Assembly (NCBI RefSeq): GCF_964355755.1
Contig: NC_092670.1
Span: forward strand, 29,128,388-29,192,387
DNA length: 64,000 bases
Source: Antedon mediterranea
Lineage: Eukaryota; Animalia; Echinodermata
Direction of reading: 5' to 3'
Positions within the stretch are counted from its first letter, which is position 1, and every line of letters starts with the position of its first letter. The notes beneath the pieces are model-generated. The model worked only from the letters and a program-made list of their open reading frames with translations, had not been told where the DNA came from and did no database searches. The translations under genes were made by a program, and so were the position numbers. Of this stretch, positions 13,801-27,055 are shown in pieces.

Positions 13801-14861
13801 CTATAAGAAAAACAAAACAAAAATGCTTACAATTTGTAGGAATATAAAATGTTTTAATAAGTTTTCGTGCTATGTACAAGTTATGTACTGTTATATAATC
13901 TATGTGATCTGTATAGATCTGCCATTGCACAAAGACTTAATTTAGTTACTTATTTCAAGTATTTTAAATTTCAATTTGTCATCAGAAGTAAAATTCTAAT
14001 ATATTCTAGTTATTCAGTTAAAGATACTAATTATAGTGAGATACATTTAGACCAGGCATGATATTAAACGGATATTAATTACAATATGGAAATTACAACA
14101 AGAAAGAAAACATATCTGCAGTATATTGATAATCATTTGTTTGGGAAGTTGATCTAAATAGTGTAATTGATATTGAAATGTAACTCAAGAACTAGTATGT
14201 CATTACAGTATGTGTATGTGAAAGATATATACAGTAAATAAATTGTTTTTCGTCTTCCTCCTTTTTTCTATGTCACATAATATGTTCATTGAATTTAATG
14301 AAAATTTGATGGAAAAAGAAATTAATTTCTCGAAATATTTAGTAATATTTATTTACCTAGCTTTTTAGTGGAAACCCCTACTTGTCATTGTCAATTTATT
14401 ATTAGATCAGATGTTTATAACGCCCTTTTTACTAATTAGTAATACTATGTAACTATCCTACTTATTAAATTCTTGAGTTATCTTTGTATCATCATTTGTG
14501 ATCTGAAAATAGTAGTAGTGTAGATTCATTGCTTCTAGTTTAATTTATATTCGGCAAAATATTTGGTTTTCTGTGGCAACCTATTGCAATATGAGGAGGT
14601 TGCATGGTAACATGCCTTTTTTGTGTGAAAAGGAAAGAAGACAGGATTTAAGAAGTTAGTTGGAGATTATAAGAGATAAATAGAGAGAGATTTTAGAAAG
14701 TTTTTGTATAAATTACTGAACCATAAGCCAGGGAAAGTTTACAGAATTCGGTAAGCTCAATTCTCTTATCGAATATAGTCATTTTGTTGTGTTATTTGAG
14801 ATGTTATTTATGGCTGGTACTTTTGGTAGGCTAGGCCTAGGCCTAGATAACTTTGTTTTAA

Positions 14862-15487
14862 AGCCCCATTCCCTACGTTTTTTAGATCTATTTTAAGATC
14901 ACAAACTATATTTAATGTAAAAATAATACTATATGGTCCTATTGCGATAACTTTTTTCGTCTTTAAACGGTTAAAAATGTGAAAAATAAATCGATTCTAA
15001 TAATTATAGAGGCCCGCTATAAATCCCAAAATGCATTGCGCGCGGATTGATATTTTTGTTTTTCACCTGTAATTCGCCCACTTTTCGATCGATCGTGAAG
15101 CCAAAACAAATGGAAGACTCCTAACTTTTCAGCGAAAATACCGGGTTTTCCCCAATTTGTATCAACGGAGTCTGGCAAAAATAGAAAGACAATTAATGCA
15201 GCAACTATACAACGTCAGGCTAGGAATATAGCTAGCGTACGATGTTCGTACGTTATCGATGTTTACCAGCTAGGCCTACAAAACTAAGCCTAGCTAGGCT
15301 AGGCCTAAGACCGTCCACGAGAGGTCGATCGCCGCGAGCTACTTAGGTAGTGCATTGTTTCTCACTTTTTATCATAATTTACCATAAAACGTACATTTAA
15401 GACAAGGAATGACATGGTTTAATGTTTTTAAAGTGATATATATGTATTATTTTCCAAAAAACGTCCAAAATTGCAGGGAAGGGGTCT
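14862..15487. mobile_element. Kolobok-like MITE (TTAA TSD)
   Basis: ttaa|agccccattccctac ... gcagggaaggggtct|ttaa. A diverged inverted copy lies at about 41500-42021. Confidence 0.75.
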
Positions 15488-15523
15488 TTAACTTTCAGGG
15501 ACCATCTCATAAGTGAGATATAC

Positions 15524-16479
15524 TAGTCTAGGTTCCAGACGGAGTTTTGTCTTAATATTAGTAAAAAGATAAATAATTTGGCACATATGGCGTTTCATAC
15601 GTATACTACTTGATTTTGGATACTCCGTCTGGGGAAACACGCACAAGTCACGTGGTTTGACACCAAGAATTCTTGGTGCATACGATTATCCAGTTGACTA
15701 GTTTCAGCTGCATGCAATTGGCTACTCACTCGTACTCCGTTTTAATATTCATATTTCAGAATTTCAAAGACTCAACAACTAAGATGATGCGCATGCGCTA
15801 TGTTACGTTTAGACAATGTGTACTTGGGTACATTTATGAAAGTCTCTGAAGGCTGGAAATTATTTTATATGCCTAGTAGTCTGGTAAACATTTGATGGGA
15901 TTTTTCCCAAGAACATGAAAACTCGTCTTGATATGATAGGCTAGCAAATCCGCAAATCAAACATTGAATGGATCATTTATTACGCGGAGATAATTTTGAT
16001 TTAATTCCCACCCAGACCCTGTCTAGTCCTGCTGTGTGGTGGTGTATAGACCTGTTGTGTGCTGGTGGTGGTATGTAGGCCTACTTTATTGGCGTTTTAT
16101 TTGGCAGGTCATACGTGCGAATTAAGTAGGACCTACGAAAGAGGCCTAGGCCAAGGACTAAACAATTAATAAACAAAACAACGTGGCATTACGATTTTAT
16201 ATTTCAACAGTCTCGATCGTACATTCAGCACTACGTACTCGATCTTTTTCATTTTGAAACAAAATGATCATTGGTTGATTCGAAATCCATATTTACATAC
16301 CGCCCGCCCCATATAGCCAAATACGGTATGATAACCTACGTCATTCTTATCAGATGTTTGCGGTCTGCAAATCGATTTCTATACGTGTTTCACAAGTCTG
16401 TATTTTCAGACAAAAATCGCGGTCGAAATAAAAACAAATAAATTTAAAAAAAAGATAATACAGACTTGGGGCAAGTCTA
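15524..16479 (+). mobile_element. ~960-bp non-autonomous DNA element, TAG...CTA termini, 9-bp TSD (copy A)
   Basis: TSD gagatatac on both sides. Highly similar in reverse orientation to 33030-34007. Confidence 0.9.
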
Positions 16480-17612
16480 GAGATATACCTGTTGCTTCTA
16501 TGAAAGCATAACACTAAACAGTTTATATGCTTGTTTTTTCGTTAAATTGTTGTTTGAATAGCTAATATTTATGCTCATATTATAATAGTAATATTAATAC
16601 TGGACACCAATTATGCATTATTATAGAAGACTGTATTAATTGCGGTTGTTGCTGATGGATAAATGTTAATATTATCATTCTGTCAATTGTTTAAATAGGT
16701 CATGTTAAACCAGTTTTAAATTAAGAACCAAGAACTTTATAAATAATAGCTAACCATACTATTATGTCATTTTTATTGTTTCACAGTTAATCAACTCTAT
16801 CACGGTATTGGTAAATAAAGACTTAAAGGAAGCATATAACCGTGGGATATTTCGATTCTCGACTCATATATATCTCTGGACCCTCGACAGTACCGTAATA
16901 GTACGCCTTCTGCACTTTCTCATATATTTCGCTTAGTTTCGGAATACTGAATTTAATTTTTTTGTTTACATCCTGAATTTTTGTTTTATATAAATAGATA
17001 CAGTATAAACCAAAAATAGAAAACCACGACTATTAATTTTCAGATAATAAATAATAAATCAAATACTGGTGGCCTGCAAAAGCTTATTGAAATATCAAGT
17101 TGTTTCACTTCCAACAACATATTTACGATAAGTATTACTTTAAATTTTAAAAAATGTTTCACTTTTTAACATGGTTTGATATCTCTGCTTCACAAAATGC
17201 CTACATTGTTGAATACTTAGTTTTTGTTTTATTTTAGTATCATACTAATATTCGTTCTGTAATGAATTTGACAATTTGACATGCCTGAATGATTCTGACA
17301 ATTAGAAGGTGCCTAACAACATGTAAGCAACACAGTGAATTTTTTGTTTTAAATTTTAGTTTAACTGAGAGTTTAATTTATTTCTACATTACAACAAATT
17401 AAAACTACTTATGATTACTACATATTTATTGACTTACTAGTTTTATATTTTTGTTAAATATTATGTATTTAGACTGTATTGGTTTCTCATTGATTAAGCA
17501 TAGTAAGTAGCAGCCAGTTGACAGCTGCAGCTATTGTCTATCACACTCTACATTAACTACATCATCAATATTCAAATATAAATCTATAAACAGGCTGTTG
17601 CTAAAACACTAA

Positions 17613-18285
17613 GGGCCTTCTGCTGAGCAGGAATAATCGGTTTTATTTTTTTAATAGATTATTTTTGGGCAGCAGAAACGGCGAAAACCGATTTTAAAAA
17701 ACCCATTGCGTGTTTTAACCGATTATTTCTTGTTTTAACCGATTATTGTGAAGCAGTTTTTAGCTGCAACACAAATAGCGATTATTGACCACAATTTAAC
17801 CTCTACAGTATAGCAAGCCTTACTCACAAAGCATGCTGTTTATTTGCGCGATTGCCGACGATCAGCAAAACAATGTGGCCCGATGAGATAACATTTGATT
17901 GTATTATTTTGTGGGGGAGAATTATACCGAGAGACTCCAAGATGTTATGTTGTATGTGGTACGGTAGTAGTAGGCCTAGATGTTTATTTTACAAATAATA
18001 TTATATGTAAAAAAATATATATATATATGCTTTATGTAAGAGTTCAATTTTTAATCCTACATGTGAGAGTTTTAGGCAGCGATAGGATGTAAACAAACCA
18101 ACTCTCATCGGCCTTCCATAACTTCAACTGCGTTGTGGGTATGGATGACATGATTTTTAAAAAGCGATTACCAGATAACCGATTAACGTCGGAGAAAAAT
18201 TTCAGTTGCAACGCGGTCAATTCTGTGGTTTGTGGTACTTAGGAAAAATTGATTATTTTTATTTTTTCAGCAGAAGAACAGACTC
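17613..18285 (+). mobile_element. PIF/Harbinger-like MITE (copy 1)
   Basis: taa|gggcc..ttctgctg ... cagcagaa..acagactc|taa. Homologous to 31117-31909. Confidence 0.8.
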
Positions 18286-19239
18286 TAAGACAAAGTCAGA
18301 ATATAACTTTTACTGTTTATGACAATGAGAAGTTTGTTCATTTTTTTGTGGATTCCTGTTGGTGTGTTGTATGTATCCAAGGGTATAGTTTGAGCTTTCA
18401 TCATATTAATGATATGCTATTAAATCTAGAATAAATATAATTGTATGGCATATTTTAACCAATTTTAAATTTTCCAACTTTTAAAAGTCTTGTATAAACA
18501 CATTTAAACTAGTTTTCATAATATATGTTCATGATATAATTTTAATTTTGTGTATGGATGTAATACTTACTAATGAAATATTCCAAAATAAGAGAATTTT
18601 TTAAAAATAATAAGATACTGTAGATTACATTCCATACATTAAAAAAAATGCTATTTATAAATGAAACAAAGGTTTATTTTGATTACATTTAAACTATGTT
18701 TAAGTATTAAATTTCATACTTAAAGTACATAATGTAAGAGTAATACCGATTTCTAATGAAGATAAAGATTCCATGTTGCTTTGCATGTACAGTCATTATA
18801 CCTGAGTAGATATGATGACTCACATAAACCATAGAGATATTAATATCTCTATGCATAAACTTAACAATAAATAATCTTACAATCTTCTCAATGACGTATT
18901 CAGGGAATCAGTGATCACAATATTTACACTACATTACTCAACAGATCCTGGTTTAACACGTTCAAAGAGGTGACTCCTTTAAATATAAAGAAATTCTGAT
19001 AAATTTGCAGGGTATAAAGTGGAGGATCATAATATTCATTACTTTCAACCATAGAGATATTATTTCCATGTAACTAATCTATGTTTCAATAAATATTGTT
19101 TGCATTTACTGTACTCAAAAATTATGAATGTATCCTTAATTTTTTCTTTTCATTTTATACCTTTAGGCATGTGTGGCCAAGGATTACCAATAGAAAATTA
19201 ATCATTGTCCTATCATATAGGTGGTAATCCCTTTGAACA

Positions 19240-19375
19240 GGTGGTACTTTGTGAACCAGTTCACCAGGGTAACCCCTACTCGTAATGAACTGGGTTCTTT
19301 ACAGTGCACATGGACAAACTGTGTACACTGGCCCTACGGTTTAGTCCTTATCCAAGAAGACTTGCTCCACCACAC
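19240..19375 (-). mobile_element. Diverged third copy of the Deu-core SINE
   Basis: Shares gggtaacccctactcgt...gggttcttt..agtgcac...cctacggtttagtccttatcc with the other two copies. Confidence 0.7.
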
Positions 19376-19384
19376 TATTCAATT

Positions 19385-20730
19385 CAATTCAAAATAACCT
19401 TTATTTAAACAATGGAAAAAAACAAGAAATAACATAAGCCAAATAACATAAATATGGTGAGAAGAAGAAGAAGGCATGATCCCAGAAAGATACAGGATCT
19501 TGAGTCAGGTCTGTCTCGGACACAAAATAAAGAGACAAAGAAAAGCGGGACAAATCAACAGAAAACAATCAGGACATGGAACACTACGGATTTCAACTGA
19601 GTAACCACCAAAAAAGAAGGGATGGGAAATGCAAAGTTAAATAATAATTAATAGCAAAGTGTTTTTTTCAGAATATTAGAAAACGAGTATTTGTTGACAG
19701 CACTTAAGCTTGGTTCCCACTAGAATGTAACACAAGGACGTAAACGCAACGCAAAGCGTTTTAACCAATGACAAGCGAAGTTATAGACAGTTAGCAATCA
19801 CAAGCGAATAAGCCATCGCTTGTGATTGGTCAATTCACTTGCGTTGCGTTACGTCCTTGTGTTGCGTCGCTAGTGGGAACCACGCTTAATTATAGTTGGA
19901 GGTAAATAATTCCACAGTTTTGGACCAGTAAATATAATAGTTAGTTTTATGAAGGGATATAAAAATATCAAATCTATTTCGTGTGCGGTGATTGTGAATC
20001 AAAGTATTACATTTGAAAGTATTATAGAAGTCAGTGAGTAAAGTAAATTTAAAAGAGGCATACAGGAACATACATTGTTGAAGAGAATTAATGTAATAGT
20101 TTTGAGGACATTAAGTTTGGAAGAAGGGAAGAATAATGGGACCGAGGTGGAGCACCAGATATGATCCAGATAACCTTTTTTAGTCGCGTGCACACGACTA
20201 TACAGCTTACTATTTCGGTAGGTTGGTCGTTCAGTAAAACACTAACTCAAATTTGCACACGCAACTACAGCCATGTACAGTATATGGTCTTGTTTGAATA
20301 ATCTGTAATTTGTTAAGGTTGGAAGGGTATTGTGAATTAGGGAACAATAAATTATACAAAGTATATTAGAAGGAAAATATGAAGATGATACCAAGACATG
20401 CCATGGCATTTGTTTCATGTTTGAGTATATCACTATTGAAATCACCAATAATATAGACTTTATAAACGAGTGTGCCTGGAACCCATACCGATATTGTTGG
20501 CTCTTTAGGTATGATAAACTGCACCCCTGCCTTAACCTCTCGGCCATTTGACTCAATAGATATCTTATCAGTGGCTTTCTTGACAACTTTTAAATTTTAT
20601 TTAACTTGATACTCCATTATAGGACCACCTGTTAATTAAAATGGCTGTCAATACTGTTTGTAACTGAAGGGGTACAGTATGTTTGTGTGGTTGTTGTCTT
20701 TATTCCAATAGTACAGTATTTAGGTTCAGA
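19385..20730 (-). mobile_element. Decayed LINE fragment (L2/CR1-group)
   Basis: Minus-strand remnants QYRYGF, LRQGCSLS, IIYCSLIH, IW.ST and HNHRTRN, with an aataaa/(gaatt)n-like tail near 19385-19405. Boundaries are approximate. Confidence 0.55.
19708..19885. mobile_element. Short palindromic MITE (Harbinger-like)
   Basis: ttaagcttggttcccactag...acacaaggacgtaa.cgcaacgcaa / ttgcgttgcgttacgtccttgtgt...ctagtgggaaccacgcttaa. Confidence 0.85.
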
Positions 20731-21683
20731 ACTGTAGTGTCTGGATTGGGAGACTAAGGGGTTAAGGGAGATCGATATAACCACATGGTTATTACGTTGT
20801 ACACAATGAAAGATGCAATAAATAGACATAAGATATAACATTGGCGACGAGTTAAGGAGAATATCAAACCACAAGTGATTAGAAGTTTCAATACTGTAAT
20901 TTTGGCGATATATTTGTTTTAATACTGTTGTAACGATGACCGCTGTAAACGTTGAAATCACTGGAATCGCTGCGTATGATCCACACGATGTGCACGCTTC
21001 GGCTGAACAGTGGAAGAAATGGCTTCGCAGTTTTGAATTATATGCTACTGGTAAAGGAGTAGTAGACAAAAACCAAAAGAAAGCTTTGTTATTGCATTGC
21101 GCCGGAATGGCTGTACAGGACATATATGACTGTTTAACAGAGGAGAACGGAACAGATGAGTATGATGTTGTTGTAAACACATTAAATAAACAATTTGCTA
21201 TGAAAACCAACGTACCGTATGACCGTTATTGTTTTAGAAAACTGACGCAAGGTGATGACGAAACTATTCACCAATTTATAAACAGATTGAGGCAGCAGGC
21301 TGCAAAATGTGAATTTGATGATGTGAATGTTGATGAGTTAATTAGAGACCATGTTATTGAAAAATGCAAATCAAATAGACAGACTAAACTTGCTAGAAAA
21401 AGGAAATACTTTGAAATTAACTAATTTAAAAGCAATAGCTAGCACATTTGAAATGAGTGAGAAGCAAGCAAAGGAGATGTCACAAGAAGTTAATGGAGTG
21501 GAAACAACAACAAACATGAATGCAGTGAGGAATGAGAGATGGTCAAGATCAAGCACGAAGAGCAGAAACAGGTACCAAGCTGGAAATTCAAGTGGTAGGC
21601 CTAACAGAACAAGTAAGTCAAAGTTCAATGATAGGCAAGATAACCGGAAATGCTTTCGCTGTGGAATTGGCTAAGGATAAATG

Positions 21684-22170
21684 CAGTGGCGTATCCAGGA
21701 TTTTGAAGTTGGGGGGGCCGGGAATTGCCAATTTGCCGACAAAATTGGTGTCATTATCTGTACATACACGACGTCTCTGATCAATATATGTTCTAGGATT
21801 ACATAGTCATATTGTCTTATATGGGATAACGATGCAAAATTAAAACCAAACCAACATTATCTGTTAGTATGTTGTATTCATATTACAATAAAGAAAGAAT
21901 TAGGAAAATCTGATTTGTAGTTTTCGAAATATATGGTCTAAAACATCGCCAAAAATGATCGTTTTTAGCCACGAAAGAAGTAAAACAATTTGCGGCCTCA
22001 GTCGACAATTCTATTAACTACGCCATTTTTGGTTAAAATAATTACATATAATTACGTTTTTTAGTAATTTATTTTATATATCACCATTGGAAATATCAAT
22101 AAAACATGTTATTAAATGCTTATAAAATATATAAAGTTGTTTACTTAACGGAATTCGGACAAATTCATTG
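21684..22170. mobile_element. Truncated hAT-like non-autonomous DNA element inside Gypsy gag
   Basis: Starts cagtggcgtatccaggattttgaagttggggggcc, a typical CAG-terminus TIR, and interrupts gag after the zinc knuckle. The right TIR is not seen and the end coordinate is approximate. Confidence 0.55.
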
Positions 22171-24332
22171 CTCTAACTTTGTGTAGTAACGATCAGAGAG
22201 ATTCATGGTACACGCGCAATATTAATTCTAAAACTACAAAGATAAATGTTTGTATGGATGTACATAAGGTAGAAATGATTGTTGATAGTGGTGCTACAGT
22301 TAATATCATAGATCAGTATTTATGGCAACAGTTAAAATCCAAGAAAATTAAATGCAAATCTGAGTTGACAAACAGAAAGTTATATGCATATGGGTCAGAA
22401 AAACCATTAGAGTTGTTAGGAAAATTTACTACGAACATGTCAATTTTTCAAGGTACAGGTATTTGTAATAATACTGAGCCTAAAATAACAGCAGATGTAT
22501 ATGTGTTAAAAGGGAAAGGCCCTGCTTTGTTGGGAGGTGATACTGCAATGAAGCTTGGAGTGTTAAATATTGTAATACCAGAAGTGATAAATAGTGTACA
22601 AGATATTAGTATACACAGGTATTTGAAGGTATTGGTAAATTAAAAGATTATAAGTTACATTTATTTATTGATGAACAGGTAACACCAGTTGTTCAGAGCA
22701 TGTATAGAATACCGTTTAGTCTCAAAGATAAAGTCAATGATAAATTAGATGAGTTTTTAGAATCTCTTGACATAATTGAAAGGGTAGACGAACCAAGTGA
22801 TTGGGTAAGTCCAGTCATAGTAGTGCCAAAACCAAATGGGGATATACGCCTCTGCGTAGATATGAGGCAGGACAACCGAGCAGTTAAAAGGGAGAGGCAT
22901 CCAATCCCAACAGTTGACGAAGTGTTGTATGAAATGAATCAAAGTACAGTGTTCTCTAAATTAGACATGAATTACGGCTATCACCAAATTGAATTAGATG
23001 AGCAATCACGAAACATCACAACTTTCATAACTAACAAAGGTCTTTATCGCTACAAAAGGTTGATGTTCGGGATAAATGCTGCCCCTGAAAAGTACCAAAG
23101 AGTAATCAGTCGGACGCTGAGTGGATGCGAAGGTGTAGTTAACATATCAGATGATATTGTTGTACACGGGAGAACACAGACTGAACATGATGACAGACTT
23201 CGTGTAGTGCTTGAGAAATTTAAAGAGAAGAATTTGACTGTCAACAAGGATAAGTGTCAATTTAGCTACAGTTGCGGAACCCTTAAGACGACTAATGCGA
23301 AAAGATTGTAATTTCTATTGGGGGTCTGAACAAGAAAATAGTTATGTAAAACTTACGAAATGCTTAATTAATGAAACATGCTATTTCAGATTAGATGCAG
23401 AAAGTACTCAGTTGGTGGAGTTTTAATTCAGAAATACAATGGTGAAACCAGAGTTATAAGTTATGCAAGCCGAACATTATCAGCTACTGAAAAGAAATAT
23501 TCAACAACGGAGAAAGAGGCATTGGCAGTGGTATGGGCTATGGAAAGGTTTCATGTTTACTTATATGGATTACAGCTGTTTGAATTGATAACTGACCATA
23601 AACCACTCGAAGGCCTGTATGGACCAAAGTCTAAACCAAATGCACGGATTGAAAGGTGGGTGATGATCGAGACTTATGTCCTATTCTTATACAGTAAAGT
23701 ATGTACCCGGTAAGAATAACATTGCTGATATATTATCAAGGTTACCAATAGAAACTGATGGCAAACAGAATAATGACACAGAGATGTATATTCGATTGGT
23801 AGCATCAAATGCAACCCCATGTGCACTATCATCACGTGAAGTTGAAGAGGCATCAAAGGAAGATCCTGAATTGAGTAAAGTGAGAAATAGTATACGGACA
23901 GATAAATGGGACAGAGACTTGATTCAGTAAAATGCAATATACAACAAGAACTTGCATGTTTTGGATATTTAATTCTTAGAAACAGAAGGATTGTAATTCC
24001 AGAAAAATATAGATTACAGTGTATTGAATTAGCACACTAAGGACACTTGGGGATAGTCAAAACCAAGCAAAGGTTTAGAACCAAGGTATGGTGGCCTGGG
24101 ATGGAGAAGAATGTGGAAGACTATGTTAAAACATGTCATGAGTGTCAGATAAAAAGTTTGATGCCAGCACCAGAACCATTTGAAGCCAACACAACTACCA
24201 ACAGGACCATGGCAAGATATTTCGATTGACTTGCTGGGACCGTTTCCATCGAAGGATAATGTACTAGTGGTGGTAGACTATTATAGTCGTTATTATGAAA
24301 TTAGTTTAATGAAGACAATCACAAGTGAGAAA

Positions 24333-25912
24333 ACTAGAATTTAATTCGTCACTTTGACGAATTATAGGTGATCATTTTTATCATTTTAATGAAATTAACA
24401 CTTTTTAAACATGCACGTACGTTAACATGCGATCGTAAAAAGCTGATGTACGCCATCCTATGACATGATGCATATACATATATAGTGCTGAGTTGTACCT
24501 ATATGTGTCATATACAATATGTACATTATCTGTATATCTATATACAGTGTAGCAGAGGTGAAATTACGGGACCCACATCATGTTCTATTTTTTTGGTATG
24601 ATGGAATTATCAAAATAAACTCAAAGATGACAATTTCGAAAGATAATTAATTGAGCAAATAAATATAAGGATTGGAAGAGAATTTGACACGTAGAAGCGC
24701 AATGCGCGCTCTTTGAAATTTGTATAACTTCGACTAAAGAAATTTAAAAACAACATTTTAACTTCAACTAGCCATATGATAACATCACAACATTCGATAG
24801 GCTTAATTTTGATATGAATTCATATCTACATTTCATCAGCTTTCATAATAAATTATAATCATCAAGGTCACATTTAATTCGGAAGAGCTGTAAGATATTC
24901 AAATGTATGGTGTAGGTGAAATTACACGACCTACGTTATTCAAGTTTTTACGCGTGATGACGTCATCAAAATGAAAATGTTAACAACTCATGAGGAAGAT
25001 AATTAAATGAGCAATCATATACAAAAAATTTAGCGAAAATCGGGCACAAAATAACCGAGATGCGCTCAGTTGAATGTGATAATCTATGACAAAAGAGAAA
25101 AAAACCTAATTTTTAAATTTGAGTGGCCATTTGGTGACCTCACAACATTTTGTACGTCAAATGTGTACATGAATTTATATCTAGAACCCAATGGCTTCCA
25201 GAATAATTTAAAAAAATTGGGGGTCATCGTGCATTCTGAAGAATGATTTTCATTTTAAAAATGCCTTATTTTTCATCATTTTCAGCACTTTTATGCAGTT
25301 AATGTGCGCATTTTGTCATTTTTAACATGCTCGTATAGCGTTATTTTAAGTCGGAACGAACTCAAATTCGGTGAATGTACTAAGGATGGTGAGTAGAATG
25401 CGATTTCTACAAAATATTCGTATTTTTACGCTTTTTAAGAATCGCGCGCTGAAAAACGCATTTTTGCGCAGTAATTTTTTTAAACACGCAAATGGCCTAA
25501 TTCATGCTCTAAATTGATTAAAACTTAATTTTGAGCTTTTTAAATTTTGAACGCGCTATTTTACGCACATGACCCTACGTGCGCGTGCGTTTTTACTTGC
25601 TAATATTTTTACCCTTGACCTGAAGTTTACGTGTAATAAATTTCTTTAATATGTGATAATGAATTATGGAGATATGATTGATAACGTGATTTCACAAAAT
25701 GGCGTATAAATGACGTCACGGTTGAGTGATCACGCTGAAAAGCTTATTAGGATTAAGTTAAAGTATTTGGAAGATATTGTAAAATTTTTGTGATCATTGA
25801 CATTTTACTTTTTGAGATAATTGACACACAAAATCTGTACAGAAAGAAATAAAGCGGAATAAGATTTCATACAATAACAATAGGTGATCATTTTATTCTA
25901 AATGATCACCTA
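24333..25912. mobile_element. Non-autonomous Helentron/Helitron-like (HINE-type) element
   Basis: Removing it precisely restores the integrase frame (...TSEK|IIDTLENMFVQHG) with no TSD. It has a terminal hairpin taggtgatcatt-ttattcta-aatgatcaccta, the same taggtgatcatttt motif near the other end (24365), and no ORF. Confidence 0.72.
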
Positions 25913-26681
25913 ATTATAGACACACTTGAAAATATGTTTGTTCAACATGGCATACCAAAATCAATTACCTCAGATAATGGTGCCCAGTTTGTGTCCAATG
26001 AGTTTGAAATCTACCTGAAGGAAAATGGAATCAGACATAGACGTGCAACACCATTACATCCAGCTGGGAACGGAGAGGTTGAACGACAAAATAGATCACT
26101 AATGAAAAGAATTCGCATTGCGCAAGCTGAAGGAAAAGACTGGAAAAAAGAATTACGAGTGTACCTATTCGCATATCGTACAACCCCACATAGTGTTACC
26201 GGAGTGACACCAGCAGAAATGATGTGGAATAGAAAGTTGCGTACAAAATTGCCAGAATTAGATGATACTACAATAATGGACGAAGAGATTTCTGATCGTG
26301 ATGCCGTGTCTAAATTAAAGAACAAACTGTACATTGATGAGAAGAGAGGTGCGAAGGAAAGTGATGTGTGTAAAGGAGATAAGGTTTTAGTGAAAGTGAC
26401 ACAGAAGAACAAGATGAGTACGCCATATCACACAGAACCATATGTAGTAATTGTTTTGTTATTGTTAAAGTTTAAAAAAAAACAAAATGAATATCATATT
26501 GTATGGAGTTAATTGGGTTGTGAGTTTTAGCTATTAAGAAGGGGGAAGATGTAGTGTCTGGATTGGGACACTAAGGGGTTAAGGGAGATCGATATAACCA
26601 CATGGTTGGTAATCTGTATGTATACGTTGTACACAATGAAAGATGCAATAAATAGACATAGAAAGATATAACAAGAACTCC

Positions 26682-27055
26682 TTCTGCGGTGCTGACGTCA
26701 CGACGGTAGGTGGCGCTGCATGGTTGCTAGCCAACTAAAAAATACGTTCAACCTGTGACTCCTAGTTCATCAATGGTTTAGAATAGGCTTATTGAAGTAG
26801 TCATTTTAAAACTTAATAATTTTCAATAAAAACAAACTAAAAAAATTAGTCAAAAGATCACTAAATATTTGTTTTTAATAATCTATTTATTCTTCAACTA
26901 CAGTTTAAGTTTAAAAAATCAAGCTAAAAGACATAATTTGATAGAAACACAAATCTATAGTGGTTATCAACATATAGCGTTGAACGCATTTTTGGTTGCG
27001 CTAGCAACCATGCAGCGCCATCTACCATTGTGACGTCACACCGCAGAACTCTATG
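26682..27055. mobile_element. TIR MITE with P-element-like right terminus (...CTCTATG)
   Basis: About 50-bp TIRs ttctgcggtg..tgacgtcac...ggcgctgcatggttgctagc / gctagcaaccatgcagcgcc...gtgacgtcacaccgcagaa. The left tip is missing. Confidence 0.75.

Larger units (their letters stand above)
20936..26512 (+). pseudogene. Frameshifted and interrupted gag-pol of the degenerate Gypsy element
   Basis: Fragments are gag (20936-21674), protease VDSGA (about 22250-22640), RT ISDDIVV (22700-23270), RNase H TDHKPL (about 23390-23750) and integrase (24000-24332, 25913-26450). There are multiple frameshifts, stops and a deletion after the RT. Confidence 0.93.
20733..26673 (+). mobile_element. Degenerate Ty3/Gypsy LTR retrotransposon with nested insertions
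   Basis: LTRs at 20733-20840 and 26550-26673 (TGTAGTG...ATAACA, differing by indels). TSD AGAAC, PBS-like TGGCGACGAG, PPT aagaagggggaaga. Confidence 0.95.

Noticed and set aside
20632-21210. 192-aa minus-strand ORF (and similar antisense ORFs at 26011-26412 and 35983-36303)
   Set aside because: These are antisense shadows of Gypsy gag/pol with no recognisable motifs.
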